Positions 43,989-54,358 are shown, counted from the first letter of the stretch. The stretch: DNA of 64,000 bases from an uncultured delta proteobacterium (GCA_963785235.1 CAWAUM010000005.1:512001-576000); one strand, 5' to 3'. A program made the numbers and translations. The notes: a model not told the origin generated them from the letters alone.

Positions 43989-45833
43989 ATGGAGACCATG
44001 CTGCAGCGCTTGATGCGCGCCATAGTTAGGAAACCAGTAAACCTGAGTCGGTTGCTGAGAACACTGGGTATCATCGGCATGGTCGCCGTGCTCGCCGCGC
44101 CTGTTATCGCCTCCGCTGCAGATGCATCCCGACGGCCGAACATTGTCATCATCTTGGGCGATGACATGGGGTACTCAGACATGGGCTCGTTCGGCAGCGA
44201 AATCAAAACACCGAACCTCGACTCGCTGGCGAGCGACGGTGTGCGCTTTACAAACTTCTACACGCACGCCACCTGCTCGCCAACTCGGTCCATGCTGCTG
44301 AGCGGCGTCGATACCCACCTGAACGGCCTGGGCAACATGGATGAGTGGACCGCGCCCAACCAGTGGGGCGTTGACGGCTACGAGGGCAATCTCAACGACA
44401 AGGTGGTCACGCTGCCGCAGCTGCTCAAGGATGCCGGCTATCACACCTATATGGTGGGCAAGTGGCACTTGGGTAAAAAACCCGAACAGATCCCGGCAGC
44501 GCGCGGGTTCGAGCGCGACTTTTCGCTGCTCGACGGTGCGGGCAGCTACTGGGACATGACGAATTTCACCGCCGCGGCGCCGCAGTCGGTCTACACCGAA
44601 GACGGGCGCTATCTGACGAAGCTTCCCGAGGACTACTACGCGACAAAGACCTACACGGATAAGCTGATCGGATACATCGACGCCAACCATAGCGATGGCA
44701 AACCCTTCTTCGCCTATGTCTCCCACCAGGCGCCGCACGATCCGCTGCACATGCCGCAGGAGTGGCGCACCCGCCACATCGGCGAGTATGACAAGGGCTG
44801 GGACGCGGTGAGGGAGGAGCGGCTGAAGAAAGAGATAGAGCTCGGCATCATCCCCAAAGGCACGCAGCTCTCCGAGCGGATGTGGTTCCTGCCCGATCCC
44901 ATCGTGCTCGCCCCGGGGCCCAGGGCGGTCCTCGGAAAGAAGATGGAGCTCTACGCCGGCATGATGGAGAACCTCGACTTCCACGTGGGCCGGCTCATCG
45001 ACCATCTCAAGAAGATCGGCGAGTACGAGAACACAATCTTCATCATCTTCGGCGACAACGGCGCCGAAGGCACGGACCTCTTCAAAATGATCGCGGGTTC
45101 GCCCGGCACGCGCGACTTCCTCTTCGCAGCCATGAAGTGGTCGCAGACCCATCCTAACGCGTGGGGCGATCACGACACGTACGTTGGCTATGGCCCGATG
45201 TGGGCGCAGGTGTCCATGACGCCCTTCAGCCAGTACAAGGGGTGGATGGGTGAAGGCGGCATCAGGAACGCGCTCATCGTCAGCGGTCCGGCAGTCAACC
45301 GGACCAAAGGGAGCATCAACCACGGGCTCATGCACGTGGGCGACATCATGCCCACGCTGCTCGAGATCGCCGGCGCCAGCTACCCGAAAACCCGCGACGG
45401 GCACGAGCTTCCCAGCCTCTACGGCAAATCCTGGGTTCCCATGCTCTCGGGCAAGGCGGATTCGCCACGGACGGCGCAGGACTACCTGGCCTGGGAAATC
45501 TTCGGAAACCGTGCAGTCATCCAGGGAGGGTGGAAGATCCGCTGCGAGTATAAGCCGTTCGGCAAGGGGGTATGGGAGCTGTACAACATAGCGGCCGATC
45601 CCTCCGAGAAAAAGGACCTTGCCGCCGAGCAGCCCGAAAAGGTGAAGGAGATGATCAAGCTCTGGGACCGCTACGTCCAGGCGAACAACGTGATCCTGCC
45701 GAGCCGCTCCATGTTCGAAACCCTGGAAGACGCTCTTCCGCCGCGCGTCCCGGTCGAGCCCGGCTACCCGCCGCTACTCTACAAGAAGCAGTTCGTGCCG
45801 CCCGAGAACATGATGGCTGATCCCAAACCTTGA
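43989..45833 (+). CDS. Arylsulfatase (Cys-type, AtsA-like)
   Basis: PNIVIILGDDMGYSD, CSPTRSMLLSG, GKWHLG, DNGAE. Confidence 0.95.
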   Translation: METMLQRLMRAIVRKPVNLSRLLRTLGIIGMVAVLAAPVIASAADASRRPNIVIILGDDMGYSDMGSFGSEIKTPNLDSLASDGVRFTNFYTHATCSPTRSMLLSGVDTHLNGLGNMDEWTAPNQWGVDGYEGNLNDKVVTLPQLLKDAGYHTYMVGKWHLGKKPEQIPAARGFERDFSLLDGAGSYWDMTNFTAAAPQSVYTEDGRYLTKLPEDYYATKTYTDKLIGYIDANHSDGKPFFAYVSHQAPHDPLHMPQEWRTRHIGEYDKGWDAVREERLKKEIELGIIPKGTQLSERMWFLPDPIVLAPGPRAVLGKKMELYAGMMENLDFHVGRLIDHLKKIGEYENTIFIIFGDNGAEGTDLFKMIAGSPGTRDFLFAAMKWSQTHPNAWGDHDTYVGYGPMWAQVSMTPFSQYKGWMGEGGIRNALIVSGPAVNRTKGSINHGLMHVGDIMPTLLEIAGASYPKTRDGHELPSLYGKSWVPMLSGKADSPRTAQDYLAWEIFGNRAVIQGGWKIRCEYKPFGKGVWELYNIAADPSEKKDLAAEQPEKVKEMIKLWDRYVQANNVILPSRSMFETLEDALPPRVPVEPGYPPLLYKKQFVPPENMMADPKP

Positions 45834-45877
45834 GCGTTATGACGATCCGAGAATTAATCTGGAAGGATGGAGATCTC

Positions 45878-46876
45878 ATGAAAGACAACGGAGGTCGGAT
45901 GAAATCGGTTGCTTGGTTGCAGATGGTCGCCTTAACGATGTTCGCCACGGGCTTGCTCTGCCCTCCACAGGCTCTGGCCCAGCTGCCGGCGCGCTTCTAC
46001 TGGAAGACTCTTACGTATGCGAAGGCGGCGCCTCTCGTCTACGAGTCGTTGAGCGGCAACACGAACCCTTTCGATCCCGCCCATACCATTACGCCGGATG
46101 CGAATTTTGACGCAACCATGGCCATGGCGTGTTTTGCGCAGACCTTCTCCCTGTTCGATCGCGCGGCCATGGGTGTGCTCATCATGCCCATGGGGCGTAT
46201 TTCGGGCGAGGTCACCGTGGCCGGCCAGACGGCAAAACAATCGACCAGGGGGTTCGGCGACCCGATGCTCGAGTTCGACATCAATGTCCTCGGCCCTCAG
46301 GCACAGAAAGGCATCCCCGATGTCGTGCGCTATGAACCGGGATTGTCCGTCGACCTGCTCGTTGACCTGGCGCTGCCGATCGGAGAGTACGACAACGACC
46401 AGCCCCTGAATATCGGGCAGCACAGATGGTATGGACGCCTGGGCTTGCCCATCGTCTTGCAGCTCGGCCCATGGGTGCCGGGCCGGCGAACGACCCTGGA
46501 ATTCCTGCCTGCCGTATGGTTATTCGGAAACAATAACGACTATGTCGGGCAGACCATGGAGACCGATCCGATGTTCCAACTGGACGCTCACTTGTCACGC
46601 GACTTCACCGAAAGTTTCTGGGGAGCGATCGACGCCACCTGGTACACCGGCGGCAAAGCGACCATCGCCGGTGTCGAGGGGGATAAGGTCAACAACATCG
46701 GCCTGGGGCTCACGCTCGGGTACAACATCAACGACAACCTGAACCTCACCTTCGGCTACATGTCGACCATTAACGACAACTCTCCCACGGACCTTCGCAT
46801 GGACAAGTTCATGATCACGTTCGTGTACGGGTGGCACCCAATTATTGAAGGCATGCGACGCCTGAAGAGCGAGTAG
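45878..46876 (+). CDS. Outer-membrane beta-barrel transporter (MetA-pathway-of-phenol-degradation-like)
   Basis: Signal peptide, GFGDP, PIGEYD...LNIG.HRW; start codon uncertain. Confidence 0.75.
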   Translation: MKDNGGRMKSVAWLQMVALTMFATGLLCPPQALAQLPARFYWKTLTYAKAAPLVYESLSGNTNPFDPAHTITPDANFDATMAMACFAQTFSLFDRAAMGVLIMPMGRISGEVTVAGQTAKQSTRGFGDPMLEFDINVLGPQAQKGIPDVVRYEPGLSVDLLVDLALPIGEYDNDQPLNIGQHRWYGRLGLPIVLQLGPWVPGRRTTLEFLPAVWLFGNNNDYVGQTMETDPMFQLDAHLSRDFTESFWGAIDATWYTGGKATIAGVEGDKVNNIGLGLTLGYNINDNLNLTFGYMSTINDNSPTDLRMDKFMITFVYGWHPIIEGMRRLKSE

Positions 46877-46964
46877 CATTCATTACTAGCTCAGGCACAA
46901 TGGTCGAAGAGGTTCAAGGGCTAACCTTGGTATTTCTGCAACGGCTTCGTGAAGGTGTTGGTAA

Positions 46965-49343
46965 ATGAAAAGGCTTTCCCTGTTTCTCGGTGTTGTCCTG
47001 CTTGTCAGCTTGATTCTGGTAAATGGCCTTCCCGGCCAGAGCCCCATCGCCCAGAACCTCTCAGGTGGGACGAAGATGCCCAATCAATCCGACTATGCCG
47101 GCTCTGCAAGCTGCATCAAGTGCCACGAGAAGTTCTACAAGCTCTGGTCCACCTCCTTTCACGGCCTGGCCATGCAGCCCTACTCGGCAACGCTCGCCAA
47201 GGAAAATCTCACCCCCCAGGCAAAGGACATCGTTATCGGCAAGTACCGCTACCGCATGGATGTCTCGCCCGAGGGCGGGTTCATGACGGAGAGGGGCCCG
47301 AAAGGGACAAGGACCTACACAATAGAGCATGTGATGGGTGGAAAGAACGTCTTCTACTTTCTCACAACCCTCGGGAAGGGGCGGCTGCAGACTCTGCCTG
47401 TGGCTTACGACACGAACCGCAAGGAGTGGCTCGACACTGCTGCAAGCAGCCTCCGCCACATCCCGGATCAGAGGGCAGAAGCGCCCTTTCACTGGAAAGA
47501 TCCCGAATACACGTTCAACTCCCAATGCTACAGCTGCCACGTGAGCCAGCTTTCGACCAACTACGACCCGAAAACGGACGTTTATCGGACCGTCTGGCGC
47601 GAGCCTGGGATCAACTGCGAGGCCTGCCATGGGCCCAGTGAAGAGCACAATCGGGTCAGCGCTGAAGCCCCGAAGGGGACGGTCCCGGCGGATCTCAAGA
47701 TCATCAGCTGGAAAAAATTCACGCCGGCCCAGAAAAACGACTCCTGCGCCCCCTGTCACGCCAAGATGGTTCCAATTACGAATATCTTCATGCCGGGAGA
47801 CAGGTTCTCCGATCATCACGATCTCATAGCCCTGGAGAACCTTGACTACTACCCCGATGGCCGGGACCTGGGGGAGAATTTCACCTATACGACATGGCTC
47901 ATGAGCCCCTGTGTGAAGTCCGGCAAGCTCGATTGTCTCCACTGCCACACGTCGAGCGGGCGCTACCGTTTCAAGGCAAAGGAAAAACTCAATAACGACT
48001 GTTTACCATGCCATGAGTCCCGCGTGAAGAACTCCCCAGCACACACGAATCACCCACAGGAATCCCCGGGGAACCGCTGTGTATCGTGCCACATGCCAAT
48101 GACAGAGTTTGCGAGGATGAAGCGGAGCGACCACTCTCTGTTGCCGCCGGTGCCGGCATCCACGATTGCTTTCAAGTCCCCCAATGCCTGCAATAACTGC
48201 CACACCGATAAGGACGCCAAGTGGGCCGATGAAAACGTCCGCAAGTGGCGAACACGCGATTACCAGGCCCCTTTTCTGCACCGAGCAGGGCTTGTGGATG
48301 CGGCGAGGAAACGAGACTGGTCGAAACTGTCCGACATAGATACCTTTCTCAAAAGCAAAGACCGTGACGAGATCTTCGCAGCATCGCTCATCCGGCTCTT
48401 GCATCCCTGCCCGCGCCAGGAAAAATGGCCGATAATCCTTGAGGCCATGAACGATCCATCTCCTCTGGTCCGTTCAGCGGCCGCAGAAGCACTATCGGAA
48501 TACCTGTCAGGCAAGGCATATCAGGCTCTGGTCAAAGCCACGGGGGACGAGTACCGGATCGTCCGTATCCGGGCAGCGGCGGCTTTGGCAGGCTTTCCCA
48601 AGGCTGAGATCGGGGAAGCGGACCGAAAGAACGTGGATAGAGCGCTGCAAGAATATATAAATTCACTTATGATCCGGTCGGACCACTGGAGCTCCTACTA
48701 CAACATGGGGAACTACTTACTTAGAGCCGGATACCCACAGCAGGCCCTGGCATCATACGGCGTAGCAACGCAGCGCGACCCGCGCACGCCCGTTCCCCTG
48801 GTCAACATGTCAATGGCCTACGCCCAACTGGCAGATGAGCAAAACGCCGAAAAATCTCTCCGCAAAGCGCTGAAGCTCGATCACCGCAATGCAGCGGCAC
48901 ACTTGAACCTGGGACTACTGTTGGCGCAGCAGAAGAAGATCAAGGAGGCGGAGGAACACCTCCGCCTCGCATGTAAATATGATCCCCAGATGGCAGAGGC
49001 GTCATATAATCTTGGTGTCCTCCTTGGGAAGGATCACCCATTGGAATCGTTGAAAATGCTCCGGAAGGCCTACGAGATCAGCCCAAATCCAAAATACGGC
49101 TATACGCTTGCTTATTTCGAGAGCCATGTGGGAAACTCAGCGGAGGCAGTCTTCATCCTCCGGAAGGTCATCACGACAAAACCTGCCATGGCCGATCCTT
49201 ATCTCTTGCTGGGCAAAATATACGAGTCGGACGGCAAGCGGATCGATGCTGCCCGGGTTTACGAGGAGGCTGCAGATAACGAAAACCTTGCTAGGAATGA
49301 ACGCAGCTTATTCGGGCGGAAAAGCAAACTGATGAAGCAGTAA
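46965..49343 (+). CDS. Octaheme cytochrome c with HEAT and TPR repeats
   Basis: Eight CxxCH motifs; DPSPLVRSAAAEAL HEAT repeat; TPRs (AHLNLGLLL, ASYNLGVLL). Confidence 0.9.
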   Translation: MKRLSLFLGVVLLVSLILVNGLPGQSPIAQNLSGGTKMPNQSDYAGSASCIKCHEKFYKLWSTSFHGLAMQPYSATLAKENLTPQAKDIVIGKYRYRMDVSPEGGFMTERGPKGTRTYTIEHVMGGKNVFYFLTTLGKGRLQTLPVAYDTNRKEWLDTAASSLRHIPDQRAEAPFHWKDPEYTFNSQCYSCHVSQLSTNYDPKTDVYRTVWREPGINCEACHGPSEEHNRVSAEAPKGTVPADLKIISWKKFTPAQKNDSCAPCHAKMVPITNIFMPGDRFSDHHDLIALENLDYYPDGRDLGENFTYTTWLMSPCVKSGKLDCLHCHTSSGRYRFKAKEKLNNDCLPCHESRVKNSPAHTNHPQESPGNRCVSCHMPMTEFARMKRSDHSLLPPVPASTIAFKSPNACNNCHTDKDAKWADENVRKWRTRDYQAPFLHRAGLVDAARKRDWSKLSDIDTFLKSKDRDEIFAASLIRLLHPCPRQEKWPIILEAMNDPSPLVRSAAAEALSEYLSGKAYQALVKATGDEYRIVRIRAAAALAGFPKAEIGEADRKNVDRALQEYINSLMIRSDHWSSYYNMGNYLLRAGYPQQALASYGVATQRDPRTPVPLVNMSMAYAQLADEQNAEKSLRKALKLDHRNAAAHLNLGLLLAQQKKIKEAEEHLRLACKYDPQMAEASYNLGVLLGKDHPLESLKMLRKAYEISPNPKYGYTLAYFESHVGNSAEAVFILRKVITTKPAMADPYLLLGKIYESDGKRIDAARVYEEAADNENLARNERSLFGRKSKLMKQ

Positions 49344-49731
49344 GAGCCCGTGTGATACTTTGTCCCAAGATGACCCAGTCCCAAATAGAAGTGGCCAAGA
49401 AACTGGCAAATAAGTGGAACCTCAATAATGAGACATAGCTGGCTGGCGCCATGAATATTCCAGAACAGTCATACGGAATAGAGTATATCCATGAAATAAG
49501 GCTAACCCTCCAAAAGTTGGACCCTCCTGCATATTCATCGGGAAAGATAATGTGTCAGAGACAACGAACTGAGTTGATATTTCAAAACCATAGAGTACAT
49601 GCCAGGGATGACGCTTTGGTATGAAGCGACAAGTTTCATATGTTTCAACACAAGATCATCAGTATCTAAAGATTTTAAAACCAAGATTAATTTGAATAAT
49701 CTTAGATAATTGCAAACTGTTGATCGTGGCA

Positions 49732-51592
49732 GAGACCGTTGAAAAAGCTGTTTTTGAAACGAAAGATTTCCCGGTACTTTGGTTAGTTGGTTAGTGTACT
49801 ACCGATAGTCGCAGATTTTGGGTTTTATCGGACCATTCTTTGGTTTCTTATCTCAACCTTCATATCTTTCTCTTCATGCAAAGCCATAATTAGCTATCTT
49901 TCCGATGTTGTGTACCATGCAGTACAGCAACCACTGGATATTCACCTTGATCTTGCCCCTTACTGTGAACCGATCAAGCCGTTTGTGGGTGCGGATATTT
50001 GCGAACACCGGCTCTACTATGGCCATCCTCTGTGGGTAGATCCTGCGTCCCTTCTCACTCTCGATCTTCTCTATCATAAGCTTGGTGAGGTTAATACCAT
50101 CCGAGCCGATGGGAATGTTCAAGGTCTTTGGTCCACGGCCATTGCCATATATGCACTTACCTCTTAACATACAACCGCTGCAGTCCTGTTCTTGTGCACC
50201 ATATATTCGATAGAGCGTACCAGTACAGCGATGGCTCTTTACCTTAAGACCTAGTTTTTTGCCGTTGGGGCATTCGTACTGATCGCTCTCCTCATCATAG
50301 TGGAAATCCTCCAATGCATAATGGGTCCTGATCGAGCGCCCCTTCCTTCCCTTAAACCGAGGATCTCTTGTACGGAATCTCTTATCAGGTATGTAGGCAT
50401 CCATCCCTTCATCCATACACTTCTGGATATTCGCTTTGCTGTGATAGCCGCTGTCAGCAGCGAACATCGCCCCATTGAAGTAATCCCCGGGAAGACCTAT
50501 CTCCTCCACGTTTTCCTTGGCCCCATCCACCATCGGAGGAACAAGGTCATTATCATGGCCAGTACCGAATGCCTCCGCATGTACGATCACCTGTGTCTTG
50601 GAGTCCACTAGCGCTTGACCGTTATATCCCTGGATTGTCCCATTGGATGTCACCATTTTCGAAGACTCGTTGTCTGTGATATTGCTCTTGATCTCCTTTC
50701 CATTCACCCCGAGACGCTCCCCGTTCTCCTTAAGCCATGCCTCGATACGATCAGCCTGCTTCTTCAGTTTTTCGATCTGTCTGCATCGGTAGGAACGATT
50801 ATCAGGGGGAGTTGAATCATCATCTTCCTTCCGGTCTTCCTCTTCCTGTTCTGTCAGCAGTTCATTCACCTTCTCTTCGAGCTTCTGACGCTTCGCCCGT
50901 AACTCAGAAACCGTCCTGCTCCACTGCGGAGATGCATTGCATGATAGCTTGCACCCGTCCAATGCGAAGAACGTTCCCCCGAGTAGCTTCATCTCTTCGC
51001 AAACAAGCAGTACATCCCGAAACAGCGGCAGAATCTCATCCTTCATGGAACTCACGAATGTGGAGATCGTGCTGTGGTCAGGGTACTGCCCGCAAGAAAG
51101 CGCCATGAATACTACATTCTCATGGCAGGCCTGTTCGATCTTCCTCGATGATGTCAGACCCCGTGAATACCCCAGCAATATCACCTTAAGCAGTATCCGT
51201 GGATCGTATGCACGCCGTCCTGTCTCATCATTCCTGTATTTTTCATCGAACAGGCTCATGTCCATACGCTCATCCACAAGCGTGTAAATCGCATACTCCA
51301 GACTCCCGGGCATGATCTGTTCCTTCAACCCTACCGGTATCAGCATGTCCTGTGCGTATGTGTAAGGTTTATACTTTGCCATGGTACCCTCTCGCTTCAG
51401 GAATAGGGAGATTCAGAAAGAAATCTTTCCCGTTAAGACAATAACCTTATATCACATAATATATTGATAATAAAGATCTAATTTACTTTTTTATGAAATA
51501 ATTGATCTGTTTAGGTCTTCTGAACTCGGATTCTTTTTTAAATAAATGATCTGCTTCTATCCTTTGCGTTAGGAGGCTTTTTCAACAGTTTC
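49732..51592 (-). mobile_element. IS1182-family insertion sequence
   Basis: IRs GAGACCGTTGAAAAAGC / GCTTTTTCAACAGTTTC (15/17); flanking GCA direct repeat. Confidence 0.88.
49874..51382 (-). CDS. IS1182-family transposase
   Basis: YDPRILLKVILLGY..SSRKIE, PDHSTISTF, LDG, GYN.Q, ADSGY, VEPVFANI. Confidence 0.93.
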   Translation of the reverse strand: MAKYKPYTYAQDMLIPVGLKEQIMPGSLEYAIYTLVDERMDMSLFDEKYRNDETGRRAYDPRILLKVILLGYSRGLTSSRKIEQACHENVVFMALSCGQYPDHSTISTFVSSMKDEILPLFRDVLLVCEEMKLLGGTFFALDGCKLSCNASPQWSRTVSELRAKRQKLEEKVNELLTEQEEEDRKEDDDSTPPDNRSYRCRQIEKLKKQADRIEAWLKENGERLGVNGKEIKSNITDNESSKMVTSNGTIQGYNGQALVDSKTQVIVHAEAFGTGHDNDLVPPMVDGAKENVEEIGLPGDYFNGAMFAADSGYHSKANIQKCMDEGMDAYIPDKRFRTRDPRFKGRKGRSIRTHYALEDFHYDEESDQYECPNGKKLGLKVKSHRCTGTLYRIYGAQEQDCSGCMLRGKCIYGNGRGPKTLNIPIGSDGINLTKLMIEKIESEKGRRIYPQRMAIVEPVFANIRTHKRLDRFTVRGKIKVNIQWLLYCMVHNIGKIANYGFA

Positions 51593-51779
51593 GCACGTAA
51601 TCTCCAGTTTCTCAGGGCTTAAGGGACCGATGATTCTATTTCAGAATCAACCCTGTAATTCCTTTTTTTTATGACTTGACAGGGGAGAGGACCATTATTA
51701 ATGGTAAACCATATTGTGCATATTGTGGGGGATGGGAAAATACCCCTGCGTCCTTTTTGTGCAATATTGGAGGGTTCCT

Positions 51780-52688
51780 ATGACAGACAATGGAAATCTC
51801 CTGCCGGCATGCGCTGGCGGTCACATACCCACGGATCCGGATCTACTGGTTATTCGCTGGTTGGGAACAGCCAATATTGAACTCTCGTATCAGGGGCAGA
51901 TCATTCTTGTGAATGCCTTTATCGATCGCGGTCCCCGGCACTTTTCCATCGGTATCCTATCAGAGCAAATCCAGCAACTAGATGCCATTGTCATCGGTCA
52001 TGGACATTACGATCACATATCCGATGCCGCCGCTGTCACCATGAAAACCGGGGCAAGCGTTTTTGCGCCGCCATTTGCCCGGGAAAAAATCCTCTCCCAG
52101 GGAGTATCACCGGATCAAATCAACCTGGTCACGGACGGCGGTATTTACTCATTCAACGGTTTCAAGGTCCAGGCCGTCCTTGCCCAACATTGCGAATTCC
52201 CATCCTACATAGGTAAAATATGTGACGCCTATAATGAAGCTATTCCGCCAACCGCCGAGGTCGCGGCCCTGGAAGAAACGATCATGTTAAAGGGGGCATG
52301 GGACCCGGATATTATCACCCAGGGGACCTTTGCGTATCTTTTCACCTTCGACAGCGGCTACCGCGTCATTATTCGCGATAGCGCCGGTCCTATCACCAAT
52401 TCCGAACGGGCACTCATGGAGCAGATCAAGGGAACTGACATCGCAATGGTCGCCTATCAAGCACAGGTCTTTGCCCAGAAACAGATTCCGGAAACACTCC
52501 CCCTAGTGAAGCTGTACAATCCAAAGACATACATCCCAATCCATCATGACGCGCTGGTACCATGGGCCCTTGATATGGGGGTGGGTTCATTGTTCATGGC
52601 CATACGGGATGAATTGCCCGCAACGAAATCGCTCTTTCCATTATATCTTGAACCCATCAGCTTCAACATACTAACCAATGGCATTTGA
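51780..52688 (+). CDS. MBL-fold metallo-hydrolase
   Basis: RWLGTA, GHGHYDH (HxHxDH), IPIHHD. Confidence 0.88.
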   Translation: MTDNGNLLPACAGGHIPTDPDLLVIRWLGTANIELSYQGQIILVNAFIDRGPRHFSIGILSEQIQQLDAIVIGHGHYDHISDAAAVTMKTGASVFAPPFAREKILSQGVSPDQINLVTDGGIYSFNGFKVQAVLAQHCEFPSYIGKICDAYNEAIPPTAEVAALEETIMLKGAWDPDIITQGTFAYLFTFDSGYRVIIRDSAGPITNSERALMEQIKGTDIAMVAYQAQVFAQKQIPETLPLVKLYNPKTYIPIHHDALVPWALDMGVGSLFMAIRDELPATKSLFPLYLEPISFNILTNGI

Positions 52689-52824
52689 ATTTGAAGGCTG
52701 ATGTTTAAAAAATCCTAAGAAACTGATGAGTTCGCGTTAGAGACAATAATCGGAGTTTGGACTTTGAAACCATATCTGGCCGAAGGTGGTTGCATTCCTC
52801 CTTGTTGACCTGTATATCAATATC

Positions 52825-52910
52825 AGTTCAAGCCCCGCTCGGCATCCTTGCCGAGTGGTGTTCTGACCTCCTTTACGCCGGGTTGCGCCAATGCTTCCCG
52901 GTCTTTTTTT
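52825..52910 (+). ncRNA. Candidate anti-SD small RNA, copy 2
   Basis: Same hairpin/linker/terminator layout as 26676-26761 with compensatory substitutions. Confidence 0.7.
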
Positions 52911-52969
52911 ATGACATACGTTTAAACGTATATCTTGATTTGAGTGTAAATGTGTGCAAGTATGTGTGT

Positions 52970-53128
52970 ATGACAGATACAAAAAGAATCCCGTTCACTA
53001 CTACGTTAAACAAAGACCTTATCAAGAAATTGAAGTTGTTAGCAGTAGAGAGGGAAACTGCTGTCAACGTGCTTATCGAAGAGGCTGTGAATCAATACCT
53101 TGAGAAGCCTACCAAGAAGCCTAAATAG
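52970..53128 (+). CDS. Ribbon-helix-helix DNA-binding protein
   Basis: RIPFTTTLNKDLIKKLKLLAVERETAVNVLIEEAVNQYL. Confidence 0.75.
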   Translation: MTDTKRIPFTTTLNKDLIKKLKLLAVERETAVNVLIEEAVNQYLEKPTKKPK

Positions 53129-53171
53129 ACCGTATAAAATCGCTGTAGGTACATAGTAATAGGAGAGCTTC

Positions 53172-53324
53172 ATGACGGTTAAAATATTTCATTCCAATCT
53201 TGATAACTTAGAATCAGATGCTCAGGAATGGCTTTGTGCAAACCCAAACATAAAAATCCATTTCATAACTCAATCGCAATCTGATTCTGGTAGAATGGTT
53301 CTTACAATTTTCTACACGAATTGA
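53172..53324 (+). CDS. 50-aa hypothetical protein (not in ORF track)
   Basis: RBS AGGAGA; MTVKIFHSNLDNLESDAQEWL...VLTIFYTN; hairpin immediately after the stop. Confidence 0.6.
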   Translation: MTVKIFHSNLDNLESDAQEWLCANPNIKIHFITQSQSDSGRMVLTIFYTN

Positions 53325-53385
53325 GGGGGACAGTCATAAAGGCTGCCCCTCTTCATGCAAATGTATTAGAGATTTCTGCGATAAC

Positions 53386-54060
53386 GTGCGCCACGAAGGC
53401 GCGAAGAGGTAGCCTAAAGGGCTACATTGGAGCAGCCATGCTGCATGGAAGATGAGGGGAGGCCCCTCGGGATCGGGTTACAGGATCAGATCTCAAACCG
53501 CCTGGCGCTGCGTGGGGATAAGATCCCAGGTGGTGAGCGGTCCAGGAAAAGGCGAGGCAAGACCTTGTCAGGTGAGGACCAGGAAGGCGAACGAGAGTGA
53601 ACCACTGATGAGCTGTCGAAAAGATACAGACGTCATCGAAACCGGGCTTTGTTATCGGGTCCGGGACAGAGTCTGGGGGGAACCTGTTTACTGCCCAGAT
53701 GGTGGCCGGCAGAAAGGTGGCGCGAGCCTGGTACAGGCTTTCATGCGGAACGTGGGAACCTGGCGCTCTGATGCTAAGGGAGAAGTCGAAGTGGAGGCCC
53801 CATGAAGACGAGAGTACCGATGCAGAGCGCAGGGGCGGATCAGCCCGTAGTAGTGAAGAAACTTCTGTAATGGAAGTGGAGCGAAGGGGCTGAGCTGTCC
53901 AACCTTATTTATGAGTCAACCAGCAATGGGAGGAGCTTATGGATAAGGCAAAGTCGTTTGGTATAATACCTGCGACTGGACAGTAGGAGCCGGATGAGGT
54001 GAGAGTCTCACGTCCGGTTCTGTGAGGGCGTGGGGGTGCGATTCCCCTGCGCTACTCGAC
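53386..54060 (+). mobile_element. ORF-less group II intron (IIB, probably bacterial class D)
   Basis: 5' GTGCG; domain V GAGCCGGATGAGGTGAGAGTCTCACGTCCGGTTC (53987-54020); domain VI ending CTACTCGAC; EBS1 GTTATCG pairs with 5' exon CGATAAC. Confidence 0.92.
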
Positions 54061-54169
54061 TTTCTCGTTTCGAAATACCTTAAAACCGAAGATACGTGGA
54101 TTTAATCTATGTTCCTTATTCCGACCCATACTTACGTACAGCGACCTCAGGGCTGGTCATTAGCCTGTA

Positions 54170-54358
54170 CTAAGTTATTATATCTACCTTGTCACTCTTT
54201 ACTGCCTCTGCTGTTTTATCAGTGGGTTTTTCTAGACTTTTCTGCATGAGGATTACCATTAATTCGGCACTTGTTGGCAAAGCTCTGATTTTCTCCCCAG
54301 CAGACGGCAGAGTGTTACTTCTTATATTCAGGTTCGCAGTTATATCATTTATGTTCAT
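54170..54358 (-). CDS. Small hypothetical protein (weakly YjfB-like)
   Basis: RBS AGGAGA; LMQKSLE...KVDIIT. Confidence 0.45.
   Translation of the reverse strand: MNINDITANLNIRSNTLPSAGEKIRALPTSAELMVILMQKSLEKPTDKTAEAVKSDKVDIIT

Noticed and set aside
53378-53385. attC-targeting class C intron (5' exon ends TAAC)
   Set aside because: Domain V is full-length with an AGC triad, and no attC or integron structure is evident
53452-53893. ORFs of 117 and 64 aa
   Set aside because: They lie within intron RNA domains and have no RT motifs
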